Shown: positions 20,810 to 45,673, counted from the first letter of the stretch. The stretch is DNA of 64,000 nucleotides from an uncultured delta proteobacterium (GCA_963771465.1 CAVYTU010000014.1:256001-320000), one strand, 5' to 3'. Notes: generated by a model from the sequence alone, not told the origin. Translations and numbers: made by a program.

Positions 20810-22174
20810 CTAACGGATTCCGAGGGTTTTAATCATGCGCAGAAAATATTTCTCATGCAGTCCCAGCGCCTTCGCGGCTGCGGCGCGGTTGCCGTTAGTC
20901 TGCGCCAACGCCTGCGCGACCAACGCGCGTCGCGTCGACTCCATCGCCTCGCGGTAGGTACGGTTATCATTCTGATCCACCGGCGCGGCGGCGACGATGC
21001 GGCTCGGCAGATCGTTGACGGTCAGCGTCGAGCCGCCGCTCAAGACCACCGCACGCTCGATAACATTGGCGAGCTCACGGACATTTCCCGGCCAGTGAAA
21101 GGCGGAGAGCTTTGCCAACGCGTCCTCGGCCACCTCGGTAAACTGTTTTTTCGACTCGGCAGCGTAGCGGCGCAGGAAGTATTCAGCCAAGGGGGCGACA
21201 TCCGCTTTTCTCTCACGCAGCGGCGGCAGGATAACCGGGATCACATTGAGCCGATGATAGAGATCTTCGCGGAAGCGGTTTTCTTTGACGGCGGCTTCCA
21301 AGTCCCGATTGGTCGCGGCAACGATTCTCACATTGACGCGGATCGGATCGCGCCCGCCGACTCGGTCGAATTCGCGCTCCTGAAGAAAGCGCAAGAGCTT
21401 GGTCTGCAGCTCCGCCGACATATCGCCGATCTCATCGAGGAAAACGGTGCCGCCGTTGGCCAGCTCCATCTTGCCTTTCTTGAGTTGGTCGGCGCCGGTG
21501 AACGCGCCCTTCTCGTGGCCGAACAGTTCGCTTTCCAATAATTCCTTCGACAAGCCGACGCAATTGATCGCCACGAAGGGTTGGCTTCTTCGCTCACTCC
21601 AGTTGTGAATCGCGCGGGCCAATATTTCTTTGCCCGTGCCGCTTTCTCCCAAGAGCAGCACGGTGGCATTGCTCATGGCAGCCTTGCGCGCCGTATCGAC
21701 GGCGTCGGCCATCTGTTTACTCTGACCGATGATCAGCCGATGACGATTGTCGGTTTCTTCCGCGAGCAGTTCCCAGCGCCGTTTCAGTGTCTCTCTTTCC
21801 AGCGCTTTGCGCACGACGATGTCGAAGTGATTGGCGTCGAGAGGCTTGGTGATGAAGTCATAGGCTCCTTCTCTCATCGCCTCCACTGCGCTTTCGATGG
21901 ACCCATGGGCGGTGATCACGACGACGGGAAATACTGTGCCTGTGCTACGCAAGCGGCGCAGGACTTCGATGCCGCCCATTTTAGGCATCTGCAAATCCAG
22001 CAACATCAAAGCCGGCTCATGCTTTTTGATCTCCACCATCGCTTCCTGGCCATCACCGGCCATGGCGACCTCGCATCCCAAAGCGCGCAAACGTACGTGT
22101 AAGAGCCGGCGTGCCGGCGCATCGTCATCGACGATCAACACGCGCGCCCCAGCCGTCATCCCAATGGGTTCCAC
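20810..22174 (-). CDS. NtrC-family sigma54-dependent response regulator
   Basis: Receiver (VDDD, LDLQMP), GESGTGKE, GAFTGA and FLDEIG; C-terminal HTH GNRAAAAKALG. Confidence 0.96.
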   Translation of the reverse strand: MEPIGMTAGARVLIVDDDAPARRLLHVRLRALGCEVAMAGDGQEAMVEIKKHEPALMLLDLQMPKMGGIEVLRRLRSTGTVFPVVVITAHGSIESAVEAMREGAYDFITKPLDANHFDIVVRKALERETLKRRWELLAEETDNRHRLIIGQSKQMADAVDTARKAAMSNATVLLLGESGTGKEILARAIHNWSERRSQPFVAINCVGLSKELLESELFGHEKGAFTGADQLKKGKMELANGGTVFLDEIGDMSAELQTKLLRFLQEREFDRVGGRDPIRVNVRIVAATNRDLEAAVKENRFREDLYHRLNVIPVILPPLRERKADVAPLAEYFLRRYAAESKKQFTEVAEDALAKLSAFHWPGNVRELANVIERAVVLSGGSTLTVNDLPSRIVAAAPVDQNDNRTYREAMESTRRALVAQALAQTNGNRAAAAKALGLHEKYFLRMIKTLGIR

Positions 22175-22187
22175 GAAGGGTTTCCTC

Positions 22188-22556
22188 TCACTTTAAATGA
22201 CGGCTGATTTCCGCGAGAAATATCGTCTTGTCGATGGGCTTGGTGACATAGCCACTGCAACCCGCCGCCAGCGCTTTTTCCCGGTCTCCCGCCATCGCGT
22301 ACGAGGTTACGGCGATGACGGGAATATTCTCTGTCGCCGGTTCGGCCTTGAGCTTGGTCGTGGCCGCGAGTCCATCCATTCCCGGCAGCTGGATGTCCAT
22401 CACGATGAGATCCATCGGCTCAGTCTTAAGTATCTCGAAGGCCTCCTGCGCGCTGGTTGCCTCGCGCACCTGATAGCCTTGCGAATGAAGCAGAAACATC
22501 GCCAGACGCCGATTCACCGGATTATCTTCAACCAGTAATAATTTTTTTCCATCCAT
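22188..22556 (-). CDS. Single-domain response regulator (DivK/CheY-like)
   Basis: LLVEDN, MDIQLPGMDG and YVTKP. Confidence 0.93.
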   Translation of the reverse strand: MDGKKLLLVEDNPVNRRLAMFLLHSQGYQVREATSAQEAFEILKTEPMDLIVMDIQLPGMDGLAATTKLKAEPATENIPVIAVTSYAMAGDREKALAAGCSGYVTKPIDKTIFLAEISRHLK

Positions 22557-22599
22557 AAAGATTTTATCGCGCCAAGACGCCAAGCACGCAAATCCAAAA

Positions 22600-36266
<13,667 letters not shown>

Positions 36267-36341
36267 GTCAGCTTTCCACCGGTCTAACGGAACATACGGT
36301 ATGCGCTTACAAATTGATTGGCGAATTCACAATACCCGGCA

Positions 36342-36371
36342 ACCCTATCTGAGCGCAAAGTTTGCTGTCAA
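36342..36371 (-). promoter_or_regulatory. Putative sigma70 promoter of the giant kinase
   Basis: TTGACA-N18-TAGGGT on the minus strand, about 75 bp above the ATG. Confidence 0.45.
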
Positions 36372-36461
36372 TACAACGTCAGCGGCTGATGAGTTAGCAT
36401 CAGCAGAGCAACAGGCAACCAGCTTTTCAGCCCGCAATTGCCTGCTGCTCCCAAAGGATCT

Positions 36462-37379
36462 TCAGCAAAAAGCCGGCGCCATCGCTTCAATCTGCTTTCG
36501 CCCCTCCGGCTTGATCGCTTCGACCGTGGCAAGAAAGTTCGGATGGGTCATGCCAGTGCCGAGATAGGTCCAGCGCATTCCCTTGATCATCGCCTTCGTA
36601 ATCTCTTCACGCCCACTCGGGGTAAGTTGTTTTCCCGTCGCGCGAATGAAACTGTCGACGTTGAACTCCGCTTGCTGGACGATACCGTTGTCGAGAAACA
36701 TGCCGATGTCAGCATAGTCCGCGAACGCCTTGTCGATCTCGGTAGCGGTGGCCTTCTGCGCCAAAGATTCCACCATCAAGGTATCGAGCTTGGTATGCTG
36801 GGACTCCTCCAGCCAGTGATTCTTGAGCAGCGATTTGAACTGCGAGTCCAAATCCTGATTATCTCGGACGCCCTCGAGGTAATGTCTCAAGGTTATCCAC
36901 TCGATATGGAGTATCGCGAGGGCCACTCCCAAGGCGCTATGGGAGAGCACGAATTTCGTGACGTCTTCCGCCGGGCCGATGAAGTCGCAACGGCTGCCGA
37001 AGCCATCCTCGAACGCTTGACGGAAACGCTTGAAGAGATCTATGTGCTTGGCTTCCTCGCTGGCAAATCCGAGCAAGGCTCTCACCCGGTTATCATCACC
37101 GGTGAGCTGCCCACGGGCGTGATCGATTACGTAGGGAAGAATGAATTCTTCCACCAGTCCAAACATGGCGAGATACTCGTGCCCTCGTATCTGGTTTAGT
37201 TTGATTTTTTCTGCCGGAGTCAGTGACGAAATCTCGTTAACCTGCGCCAGGGACTCCGGCATGAATGGCTTGGTAAAATCAAGTTTCTTGCCGCCGCCAA
37301 TGATGTCCTCAACCTTCCAGTTGATCCGGCTCGAAACCGCCAAAGCGGACTCATACGAATAGTTGTTCTGCATCTTCAT
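36462..37379 (-). CDS. Ferritin-like diiron protein (AurF-like)
   Basis: VEEF..EEAKH..IEW..HY..EESQH paired EXXH motifs. Confidence 0.8.
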   Translation of the reverse strand: MKMQNNYSYESALAVSSRINWKVEDIIGGGKKLDFTKPFMPESLAQVNEISSLTPAEKIKLNQIRGHEYLAMFGLVEEFILPYVIDHARGQLTGDDNRVRALLGFASEEAKHIDLFKRFRQAFEDGFGSRCDFIGPAEDVTKFVLSHSALGVALAILHIEWITLRHYLEGVRDNQDLDSQFKSLLKNHWLEESQHTKLDTLMVESLAQKATATEIDKAFADYADIGMFLDNGIVQQAEFNVDSFIRATGKQLTPSGREEITKAMIKGMRWTYLGTGMTHPNFLATVEAIKPEGRKQIEAMAPAFC

Positions 37380-37885
37380 TTCCTCCCATTGTTTATCCAG
37401 TAACCCACTAGGCCAGCATACGCGGGTTGATCAACATCACGGGTGAAAAGCTCGGGCGCGATGAGCGAGCGGAAGGCTGATGCCACAGTGTCGAGCAGTC
37501 TTTCAAGACAATTGCCTACTCTCGCGCGGGTGACGATCAGATGAACATCGGCCGTCACTGCGTAATCGCGTAGCGCTCTCCGCATACTGCCGGCGTAAAG
37601 ATCCACCGCCGCTTCGATGCCCTTGGCCGACAAAGCTTTCACAACCGGGGCGATTCGCTCGCTGGCTTTGCGCAGGTTGGTGTCCCAGGTGTAATAGTTA
37701 GCCAGCCTTTTCCCCTCTTCGATCGCCTTGCGACCGATCTCCTCGTGTGACCAGCGAAACCCATCCACTGGATATGGGACCATGAAGACGGCCTTCATGC
37801 CGGGTCGAACGACTTCTTCCACGTAAGGCAGCAAATCTTCCGCCCGATCGTTGCGCTTGAGCGGGACCAATATTAGTTTTTTCAT
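37376..37885 (-). CDS. Universal stress protein-like
   Basis: KLILVPL at the N-terminus and ADVHLIV; overlaps the next gene (ATGA); possible 3' frameshift. Confidence 0.65.
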   Translation of the reverse strand: MKKLILVPLKRNDRAEDLLPYVEEVVRPGMKAVFMVPYPVDGFRWSHEEIGRKAIEEGKRLANYYTWDTNLRKASERIAPVVKALSAKGIEAAVDLYAGSMRRALRDYAVTADVHLIVTRARVGNCLERLLDTVASAFRSLIAPELFTRDVDQPAYAGLVGYWINNGRK

Positions 37886-37924
37886 GGCTTGGTTCTCCTT
37901 TCGTCTGTCTTAACCCGACGTAGA

Positions 37925-37939
37925 GCAACCCGTGCGCCA
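37925..37939 (-). promoter_or_regulatory. Sigma54 promoter
   Basis: TGGCGCACGGGTTGC followed by AAAGGAG RBS and ATG. Confidence 0.75.
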
Positions 37940-38035
37940 ACGCCAAATGATCTGTGGGCGTTGTGTGAAACGCATTGAATTGCCAAGGAAAAATTTTCGT
38001 GGAGATTCGGGCGAAGCACCGATGGATGCGCCGAC

Positions 38036-38085
38036 GGTAACCTTTAGATTACCAGGGAACACGCCACGGTAAGAAAATAGTTACC
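38036..38085. promoter_or_regulatory. Tandem palindromic activator sites (putative UAS)
   Basis: GGTAAcctttagaTTACC and GGTAAgaaaatagTTACC. Confidence 0.65.
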
Positions 38086-38133
38086 CTTGCTAGCTTGGAA
38101 AGAGCGAGGTGATTGTATGTCGTCGAGATTCGA

Positions 38134-40339
38134 TCAGAACAGTAAACGGCTGAACAGCAATGATGCCGCCACGCAAACCCAATGGAGTAGGACGGAAGCA
38201 AGGACGCTCTCCGAACGCTCTCGCGCTATCCCGGACGCGATACCGAAAATGACGGCACCTACGACAATGAGAAACCATTGACTGAGTTGGATCTGGCCGC
38301 TTGAGACACTCAAGAAAAGAATAACAGACGCCCCGGCATACAGTGCGGTCGAGATTAAAGTAGGCCAGGAACGCCACCACAGACCAGCGCTTTTTTGTAT
38401 TGGCAGGCGCGCGGCAAGATCTCCGAGAATCACCCCGCGGAAAAGCAGCTCCGACCCCAGCGGAAGAATGAGCGCAAAGAGACCGGTGAATTGGAAAACG
38501 TTCTCGGATCCCATGCGGTAGGCGAGCGATCCAGGGGTCCAGACCCCGCCGATCACGGCGCCCATGAGCGCGGCGGGGAATGCGATCAGCCAGCCAAAAT
38601 CCGTAGGTGCTCGCCAACCGTAAAGTCCCGGAACTCGACGAGCCTTCAGACAATAAAGAATACCTACCGTTATGGTGAAGACTACAGCGGATAGCGGCAT
38701 CGCTTCACCCGCCATGTAGCCACGACCGCTCAGCAGGTTGGCAAAAAAACCGACGGCCAGTGCTGGCAACAATGCAGCTATAGCGAGGAACGCCGCTCGG
38801 GGGATCTCGGCAACAACATCGACAAAGGTCGGCTTCGAAAAAGCCTCCCGCACCGCTTCAATGATCTGAGCCGGAGTCAGACCCGTTCCAGTCTTGCGCG
38901 GAGAAACGCCGCTCTCGGTTGAGCCGCTCCAGCGGTTTTCAGAGCCACCTCTGGCGGCCGGGTCGACGAGATTCAAACGCTCATACGCTCGCTCGAGCGT
39001 TGCGGGAAGGCTCCGATCGATTTGACGCAGCCGATAGCTCGAGGCAGAATTTTGAAATATCAGTAATCCCAATCGCTGCCCGTAAGTCCTTTGAAGCTGC
39101 CGTTCGACTTCATCCGTACTGGCGTCCGAACGGCAGGCGACGGCGACAGAGCCGTTGGCAATTTCAGCTCGCGCCAGTTCGTCAATTTCATGCAGCTCGG
39201 CAAAATTCTCGGGCGCATAGACCAGCTCGTCGACGGCAGACAGGCGGTCGGCAATATATTCCAGCAGATCGGTTTCCGACCACCGTCCATGGCTTTTGAG
39301 GACGACTTCTTGCTGTTGTAACTGTTTCAACATTGCGGCGGTTGAATGGAGCAGCTCCGGCGTAAGCGCGGCTAGGTCTCGGGCTTCAAGACCGTGCGCA
39401 TCGATAATACCTTGGAGACGCAACAGGGGCATAATCCTGGCACGAACTTCAGCGTCATCGTTGAGACGGAGGTGATTGAAAAGTACCCAGAGGGCAAAAA
39501 TAGTGTCTAGGTCGGCATCATTGGCGAACACGACCCAGTCGCGCTTGCGCAGGTCGAGACCCTTGCGAATCAATATCATCGCCTGTTCGCAAGTGGCCAA
39601 GGATCGAATACAACCGTCGGCATGGTCGAGGTTGTAGAGATCCTTCTGAACGTCGACGAATGGCTCGCCCTGGGCTGCACCGTCGAGAAAAATGGCGCCC
39701 GGTGCGGTGATTGCGCGCGCGCTTGGCAGATATCGCTATGCCGCGTTCGGCGCGAACCATGACCGTGGGCGCTTCCGCGCACGTGAGCACCTTTGCCTGA
39801 GCATCGCTTCTGATTCGATAGCGATTCGGGACCGCTGAAATCTTCGCTCTCTCGGGCGACGACACACTCGGTGTGGAATCAATGCCAAACTTCCAATCAT
39901 CATCATTGGTGATTGATCCCGGCTGATATTTCGGGAAGTCGACCGTAACTTCGGCTGTAGCGCCATTGGCGCGCCGTTCGCGCTCAAGGAGCAGCCTGTG
40001 GGCTTCCTCGAGAGACCGGCACGGAAGCAAAGCGTCTCGGATGTAGTGGTCGGAATCATCAGAGCGTTCTTTCGTCGGTGAAAACATCGCCGTTAGCTTG
40101 TGAATATAATCGCTGTAACCTCCAGCTCTAATCGGATTGTATTGCCAGACAGTTTGCCATGGGACCACGCCGCCTAAAATTAGCCGTACGAGTTCGACGG
40201 AAGGGGCCGGCATACCCGCGATCAGCACAAGCGCTTGCTCGCCGCTGGCAAATTTAAGCTGATAGAAGCGTCGGCGTTCGATGAAATGACGCAGGACCCG
40301 CAGGGCAGGACCAATTCCTGTTTCCATTCCAGTGATCAT
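38134..40339 (-). CDS. Large protein with a soluble domain and a C-terminal CPBP/Abi-like membrane domain; frameshift near 39715
   Basis: GAIFLDG..YNLDH..ATCEQ..ANDADLDT, then multiple TMs with SELLFRG and RERSESVLASVLLHW. Confidence 0.7.
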
Positions 40340-40451
40340 CTTTGCTTCTCCGGTTTGGTTAATCGTATCTAGTCAGTGAGCCAACTCCCGTTAGCTCCGT
40401 ACCACTAAAAACCCCGCGGCTAAATTTTTGGGGCTGTCACGAACATTCCCA

Positions 40452-40466
40452 GCAATGCTTATGCCT
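40452..40466 (-). promoter_or_regulatory. Possible sigma54 promoter
   Basis: AGGCATAAGCATTGC (GG-N10-GC) about 110 bp above the start at 40339. Confidence 0.45.
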
Positions 40467-40879
40467 CGAACGGGTTCCTTTGACAGGACTGGGTAAAACG
40501 CACACAAGAGCATCAATACAGGGCAACAGCTGACATCAGTCCATCGCTACAAGGACGGATAAGTGTAAAATCGTGCGAAAATGTGCTGCCGTTGATCTCG
40601 ACCTTTCGGCGGTGTCAAAGCAACGCGAGCATCACTGAAGTCTCAACTTTGCTTTGGTCTCATGACAAATGGCGTGCTCGCTTAAACAGCGCCACAAAAG
40701 CAAGCAGCCAATCGAGTTTGTCGCTAGGTTGGTGCGGGTGACGGCGGTGGCTCGATAACGTTACTGGCAATTCGACTTTGCCAAAGCAAAAAAACAACTT
40801 GTAAATCTTTAACGTTCTTAGTATGTGGAGTTTCGCGCTTTGCCGTATTATTAACGGACGAACTTCAACAGGAGACGCT

Positions 40880-42097
40880 ATGAAAAAGATTTACCTGGCG
40901 GCTTTTCTTCTGTTCCCCCTTCTCACGCTCATCCTCGGCTCGCCCAGTCCAGCACACTCGCAGTTCACCTGGCCACAAATTTGTGAACAAGGTTCGCTGC
41001 CGAGCCACGATCCAAAAAATCCAGCGGATCAGTTGATCGTCATTTGCATTCCACCCAATTGGAATGGCCGATTAGTCATTTATGCGCATGGTTTCGTGCC
41101 TGAGCAGGCGCCGCTGGAACTGCCTAGCGAGGAACTCACTCTGGCCGATGGAACCTTCGTCCCCAACCTGTTTTTGGCGCAGGGATTCGCCTTTGCCACC
41201 AGCAGTTTTCACAAAAATGGCGTGGCGATTGAACAGGGAGCCGAAGATCTAAACAAGCTGCTCCAATATTTTAGATCCGTGGTCCCGCCTCAGTCGCTGC
41301 AAAAGGTATTCATCACGGGCGCCTCGGAAGGCGGCCTGATCGCGCTCCTGCTGCTTGAGCGATATCCGGGAAAATACGATGCGGGCCTGGCGCTATGCGC
41401 GCCGGTCGGCGGAACACCCGACTTGATCAGGCATGCCTATGACTTTCGAGTGGTATTTGATTATTTTTTTCCAACTGTGTTCACGTTCCCACCAAATCAA
41501 CCTGGAGAGCAGCCGTTCGGTGCGGTTGACGTTCCGGAAAATGCGTTCCTATTTTGGGAGTCTGTCTACATACCGCGCATCATTGCGGCGTTACAGAGCG
41601 ACCCGCTAGCGACTGCGCAACTCTTTAATGTTACCAAGGCAGCCATTGATGTGGCGGACCCAGCGTCCGTTATTACAACCGCTCTTAGTCTGTTGTTCTA
41701 CAGTATCTTCGCCACCAACGATCAGATCGCCACCGCAGGTGGGATACTCTACGACAACAGCTCAACGATCTACGTGGGATCGACCAACAACGCGGAGTTG
41801 AATGCTGAAGTGGAGCGGGTCGAGTCTGATGGGCGGGCGCGCGCTTACGCACGGCGATTTTATGAACCCAGTGGAAATTTGCACACGCCGTTGGTGACGC
41901 TCCACACCACCCTCGATGCAGTGGTACCCTTTCAACAGGAGGTGAACTACAGCAATCTGGTGGCCCAAAAAGGTAATAGCGCATTCTTAAGTGTCGTGCC
42001 GGTGCCGCGGTATGGCCACTGCAACTTTACTTCCCAAGAAATCTTTCAGGCGATCACACTGATGGTGCAGCAGGCCGAAGCACAGCTGGTCAATTAA
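40880..42097 (+). CDS. Secreted alpha/beta hydrolase
   Basis: Signal peptide, YAHGF, nucleophile GASEGG, HTTLD and YGHCNF. Confidence 0.85.
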   Translation: MKKIYLAAFLLFPLLTLILGSPSPAHSQFTWPQICEQGSLPSHDPKNPADQLIVICIPPNWNGRLVIYAHGFVPEQAPLELPSEELTLADGTFVPNLFLAQGFAFATSSFHKNGVAIEQGAEDLNKLLQYFRSVVPPQSLQKVFITGASEGGLIALLLLERYPGKYDAGLALCAPVGGTPDLIRHAYDFRVVFDYFFPTVFTFPPNQPGEQPFGAVDVPENAFLFWESVYIPRIIAALQSDPLATAQLFNVTKAAIDVADPASVITTALSLLFYSIFATNDQIATAGGILYDNSSTIYVGSTNNAELNAEVERVESDGRARAYARRFYEPSGNLHTPLVTLHTTLDAVVPFQQEVNYSNLVAQKGNSAFLSVVPVPRYGHCNFTSQEIFQAITLMVQQAEAQLVN

Positions 42098-42485
42098 TCT
42101 TTATTGAAGAATCGACGGGATGTACCAGCCAGTAGGTTCGTGATATTTGCCCATCGGCCACATATCGGAACCAGAGCATACGCAGCGATAGGTGCGCCAA
42201 CGTTTTCTAGCTTCTCATCGATATAAAAATTTCACGCCACAGGGTTTGATACCAGGGTTTACGCCTGAAGTTTTGAAGTGAATAAAAACGCCCCAATCCT
42301 CCCCAAAATGTAACAAGCTCATTTGCCCTCTTAAATATTCACGATTCGGCGCCCCTCGCTTGCATTACGAAGCAAGAAAACCAGGACATCGCCGCCGGAA
42401 TCGTTTAAACTATTTCCATTCTCGGCGATAATATTTCTGATGTCGAACTGCCATCGATAAGTGAGCCATTGGGGGGTGCCCGATC

Positions 42486-43570
42486 TTGAGACCAAACACT
42501 GCTAACGTTGACAAAGAGTCTGTGAGCTGGACATTGTCTTGGGAGTCAGACGGTCGTTGCAACAGTTTCACCAGAGAGGCGATCCTAGCCTGCGCGCCGC
42601 CAACTTCCGGCGTCTATGGACTCTTCAACTTCGATTGCCAAGTTTTCATCGGCGAGTCGGCGAATATCCAGGAGGCCTTGCTACGCCACGAAAGCGAAAG
42701 CGATTTTCAATCCCGGCACCTGCAGCCGACGGGGTTTACTTTTGAACCCTGCTCGGTCGAATTGTGCAGGTCCAAGGTGGATGAGCTGATCGCAAGATTC
42801 CACCCGGTGCTCCAATCCGAAGCGGCGTTAACCGAAACCTGGTCGCTGTCAAACGGCCCCATGGTGAGCGAGGTGGACGCGGACAGTAGTAAGGAGTTAG
42901 GAACCTACCCGGATCATCAGGAATTCTCCATCGATGAACGTGAAAAGCACCCGAAAGCACGCCGCCGTCTCAATTTTAAGCGGACGCAGGCTGTCGCGTT
43001 GCCAGCGATGCTTGTCGCGAGCGCGCTGGTCATTTTTTATCTTGCCAGGCCCGCCGATTATCCGATTCAACAGCTAGCGAATGGGGCGAACCCCGCCTTG
43101 AATCAAACTGCAATCGGTTTGCGACCGCCGAACGCGTCTTCGATCGACAGAGGGCTGGCAGCAGCGCGAATCAAAACGCCGGGCCAGCACCAGCAAAGCC
43201 GGACGTCCGTCCCTCTGTCTCGACTCCGAATGGCGCGGTGCGGGTTGCCGCGAAGAGTGCTTCAGCCGCGCATGAAGTAGGCGTTCAGGCGAAGACAGGT
43301 CCAATCGCTCACTCCACGGAGAGCGCCAACTCGAACAAAAAGTGGTCGGTGCAGATTTCCGCGGCGCCCGCGAAAGATATTGCCGATGGTTTGGTGCAGA
43401 GGTTAAAGGCCAAGGGTTACGACAGCTACTTGGTCCAAGCCGAGGTGAAAGGACAAACTTATTATCGCGTGCGGGTCGGACATTTCGCGGCGCGAGATCA
43501 GGCGGAATCAGTGCGCCAGTCGTTGGTGCACCAAGAGGAATATCGCGATGCGTATATCACCGGCGATTGA
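42486..43570 (+). CDS. GIY-YIG-like domain, TM segment and SPOR domain; frameshift near 43160-43200
   Basis: SGVYGL..VFIGES; TM LPAMLVASALVIFYL; WSVQISA..YYRVRVG SPOR. Confidence 0.7.
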
Positions 43571-44304
43571 GCCGCTGTGCGAACCTCATTCGGCCCCACG
43601 GTGCTTCAGTCATTCCCAACCGTCTTGCAATGTAACGATCGACGATCATCATGGATAAGGCAAATCGACAAAGAACGATACGAGATTCTAGCTGCCGACA
43701 ATCACACCGCTGAGATAGAAACAAACCGAGAACTGAGGCTGCTGTTGCACATTTATACTGGCTCTAAATGTGTCTCTTCTCGTTAATTCGATAGGAATTC
43801 TAAAATCCTTTCTCTCTAATAAAAAAATTCACTTCCCCGCTCAATCAGCATCAACTCCGACCTTCGCCTCAGATCTCTCTTGACACTCAGAGCGATTTGC
43901 TTTGAAGTACACCAACCTCGATTTTCAAACGAGCACAAAGGGCATCGCTTTTGGGAGGGATTGAAACAAAGTGGATCACTTGAAACATTCCTGGCCGGGG
44001 CTCGGCACACTATGTCGCTTTTGCTCCCATTCTAAATGTTACGATTGTGTCGAAGTGTCGTCGAGCATCCTTGCCTGCTGCAAATGCAGAGCAAGAGCGG
44101 TCAAGCGACTCGTACACCTGAGCGACCGACGGGGTGATTCAACCAATGACGAGTAAGTTTGGGGCCACCTTTGTTACGATTTAACTAACTATCTGCCACA
44201 CTACAAAACTTAAATACTAGTGTGGACCAAGAAATTCTTGATTTTCCCATTTTTGAATCTGGCTTAGGGATTGCGTTCCTACCGACCGACTTCGGAATCG
44301 GGAT

Positions 44305-44802
44305 ATGGCGTCTTCCACTGAATCATACGCTCAATCACTTAGAGTCATCGGCCAGGCATTGGAGACTCTCCGGATCAATGCTTTCACGTTAGAGACAGAT
44401 GGTAACAAATATGTCGTGCGTGGCTGGGAAACCAGCTTTCTGAAAAGCGTCGGTGATGAGGTTTGGCGAACGGGCGATTTCGGACAAATGCCTTCACCAC
44501 AAGAAAAATCTGAGAACTTTCTGATTTATGCCAATTCAGACACTCAACGTCTCGAAAAACAAGGTCGCTCAAGACGCGGCTCAAATGAAAACCTGGACAC
44601 GCATACGATTTCTTCAGGCCTGCGTTTAGTAGGTGACTACTTAGATCAAAAAGGCGCCGTGACTTTCAATATCCAGTGGTCCATTGAATCAGTAAGAGTT
44701 AGATTCGAAGCGGCCTCCGGTGACCCAAAAGAAACAAGCTTCACAATGCAAAACCTGAAGGACCTCGCTGTGGTTATGTACTTGCGCAGGTCCAGGCGAT
44801 GA
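44305..44802 (+). CDS. Hypothetical protein with internal duplication
   Basis: SLRVIGQALE..GRSRR resembles GLRLVGDYLD..LRRSRR. Confidence 0.75.
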   Translation: MASSTESYAQSLRVIGQALETLRINAFTLETDGNKYVVRGWETSFLKSVGDEVWRTGDFGQMPSPQEKSENFLIYANSDTQRLEKQGRSRRGSNENLDTHTISSGLRLVGDYLDQKGAVTFNIQWSIESVRVRFEAASGDPKETSFTMQNLKDLAVVMYLRRSRR

Positions 44803-44872
44803 CGTTGACTCCCCGAATCGAAGTTTTTCGGCATGTTGCACACCGTTTGTAGAGAACGCATTCACCGGCAGG

Positions 44873-45673
44873 TCAGGCGATCAAAAAGCCACCGTCCACC
44901 ACGATTGTCTGTCCGGTGAGATAGTCGCTCGCCGGCGCCGCGAGAAAAACCGCAGTTCCAACGAGATCGGCTGGATAACCGCGCCGGCGCCATCGGCACA
45001 CGGTTGTGAAACGCGGTCGTGAAGGCCGGATCATCGAACCTCGCTCTCGTCAGATCGGTCTCTATGTAGCCAGGGGCGAGGCAATTAACGCAAATTCCTT
45101 CGGCTGCCCATTCCACGGCCAACGTGCTCGTCACTCCCATCACGCCTCTCTTGCTCGCCGCATAGGGCGCGACATGCGAATGCCCATCTCACCGGCGATG
45201 CTGCCGATGTTGATAATCTTCCCCTTGCCCCGATTATTCTCGGCAGCGAAGCGGCGGGTCTCGAGCCAATATCGGCCGACGGCCTGCGAGGTGAAGAACA
45301 GCGCTTTCAGATTCAGATTGAGCACGGCGTCCCAATCCTCTTCAGTGATCTCCGTTGACGGCTTGCGACGGTTGACGCCAGCAACGTTTACGAGAATATC
45401 GATCTGGCCCAGGCGAGATAGGACGTCGCGCACGAGCGGCTGAATCGCCGCCACACGCGAAACATCGGCGGCAAACGCTTCTGCTCTCGCGCCCAAGGCG
45501 CGGATCTCTTCCGCAGTCTGAAGCAGATCCGCCTGCGTACGACTGGAAAGCGCAACGCTCGCGCCCGCCTCCGCGAGTCCCTGAGCGATCCCCCGCCCTA
45601 TACCGCGAGAGGCTCCGACAACGAGCGCCACGCGCCCGGAGAGATCGAACAGAGGCGAGGCTACGTTATTCAT
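44873..45673 (-). CDS. Short-chain dehydrogenase/reductase, two frameshifts
   Basis: GASRGIG, ILVNVAG, IINIGS, VNCLAPG and YLTGQTIVVDGG. Confidence 0.88.

Noticed and set aside
42185-42199. GG-N10-GC sigma54-like site
   Set aside because: The -12 element is weak (ATCGC) and the site points antisense into the end of the hydrolase gene.
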